Shown here piece after piece: positions 63,636-64,000 of a stretch of DNA of 64,000 nt; position 1 is the first letter of the stretch, and every line of letters starts with the position of its first letter. Both the position numbers and the translations under genes were made by a program. The stretch comes from Octopus bimaculoides (Eukaryota), in contig NC_068983.1 of NCBI RefSeq assembly GCF_001194135.2, positions 72,255,315 to 72,319,314 on the forward strand, read 5' to 3'. Below the pieces are notes generated by a model. That model was not told the DNA's origin. It ran no database searches and saw only the letters and a list, made by a program, of their open reading frames with translations.

Positions 63636-64000
63636 CTGCAAAAACAAAATGTTCAATATGAAATCTCCAATATAACAGTTTCATTTTGAATAAATGTATA
63701 TTTAGCAGTATCAAAGGTAAAGTTCAATCAAAATACAGTTGTGTTAATGTTGCTGCATAACTTTTCTAGCAATAGTTACATTGACGCATACATCAATTTT
63801 ACATTATCCTGCTTTTACATAAATTTCTGCAACTTAAGGTTTAGACTCCTTCAAACTCTAAATTCATTAGTTGGGCAATACAGATTTGTGAACTTGCTTC
63901 TTCATTTTCTTCTTCTTCTTATTATTATTATTAATAATAATAATAATAATGATAATAATAATAAGGGTTAATAAACCGGACATTATTATAAAAGATCAGA

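Overview
AT-rich eukaryotic DNA, almost certainly an octopus genome. This is inferred from the SINE/RTE repeat content and the draft-assembly N-gaps. The only host coding sequence I can support is two minus-strand exons of a TULP4/TUSP orthologue: 63507-63635 (129 nt) and 29343-29507 (165 nt), both phase 0 with AG/GT boundaries and separated by a ~34 kb intron. I found no further exon in 1-29342, so the rest of the window is probably intronic. The introns are packed with repeats: tRNA-derived SINEs (three families, several with clear TSDs), RTE and R4-like LINE remnants, Penelope-like (PLE) fragments, a near full-length mariner, a Tc1 fragment nested in an RTE, Helitron-type ends, a piggyBac-type MITE, an LTR-like promoter cassette and microsatellites. 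The most interesting signal is not in the ORF track: small hammerhead-ribozyme folds from at least four unrelated repeat families. One is complete (12671-12717, GUC site) and one near complete (3520-3564), both on the TULP4 sense strand; the others are decayed. Also noted: a candidate recursive splice site with an adjacent 6-nt microexon, and a pre-miRNA-sized hairpin. All calls are by eye; nothing was searched or folded computationally.
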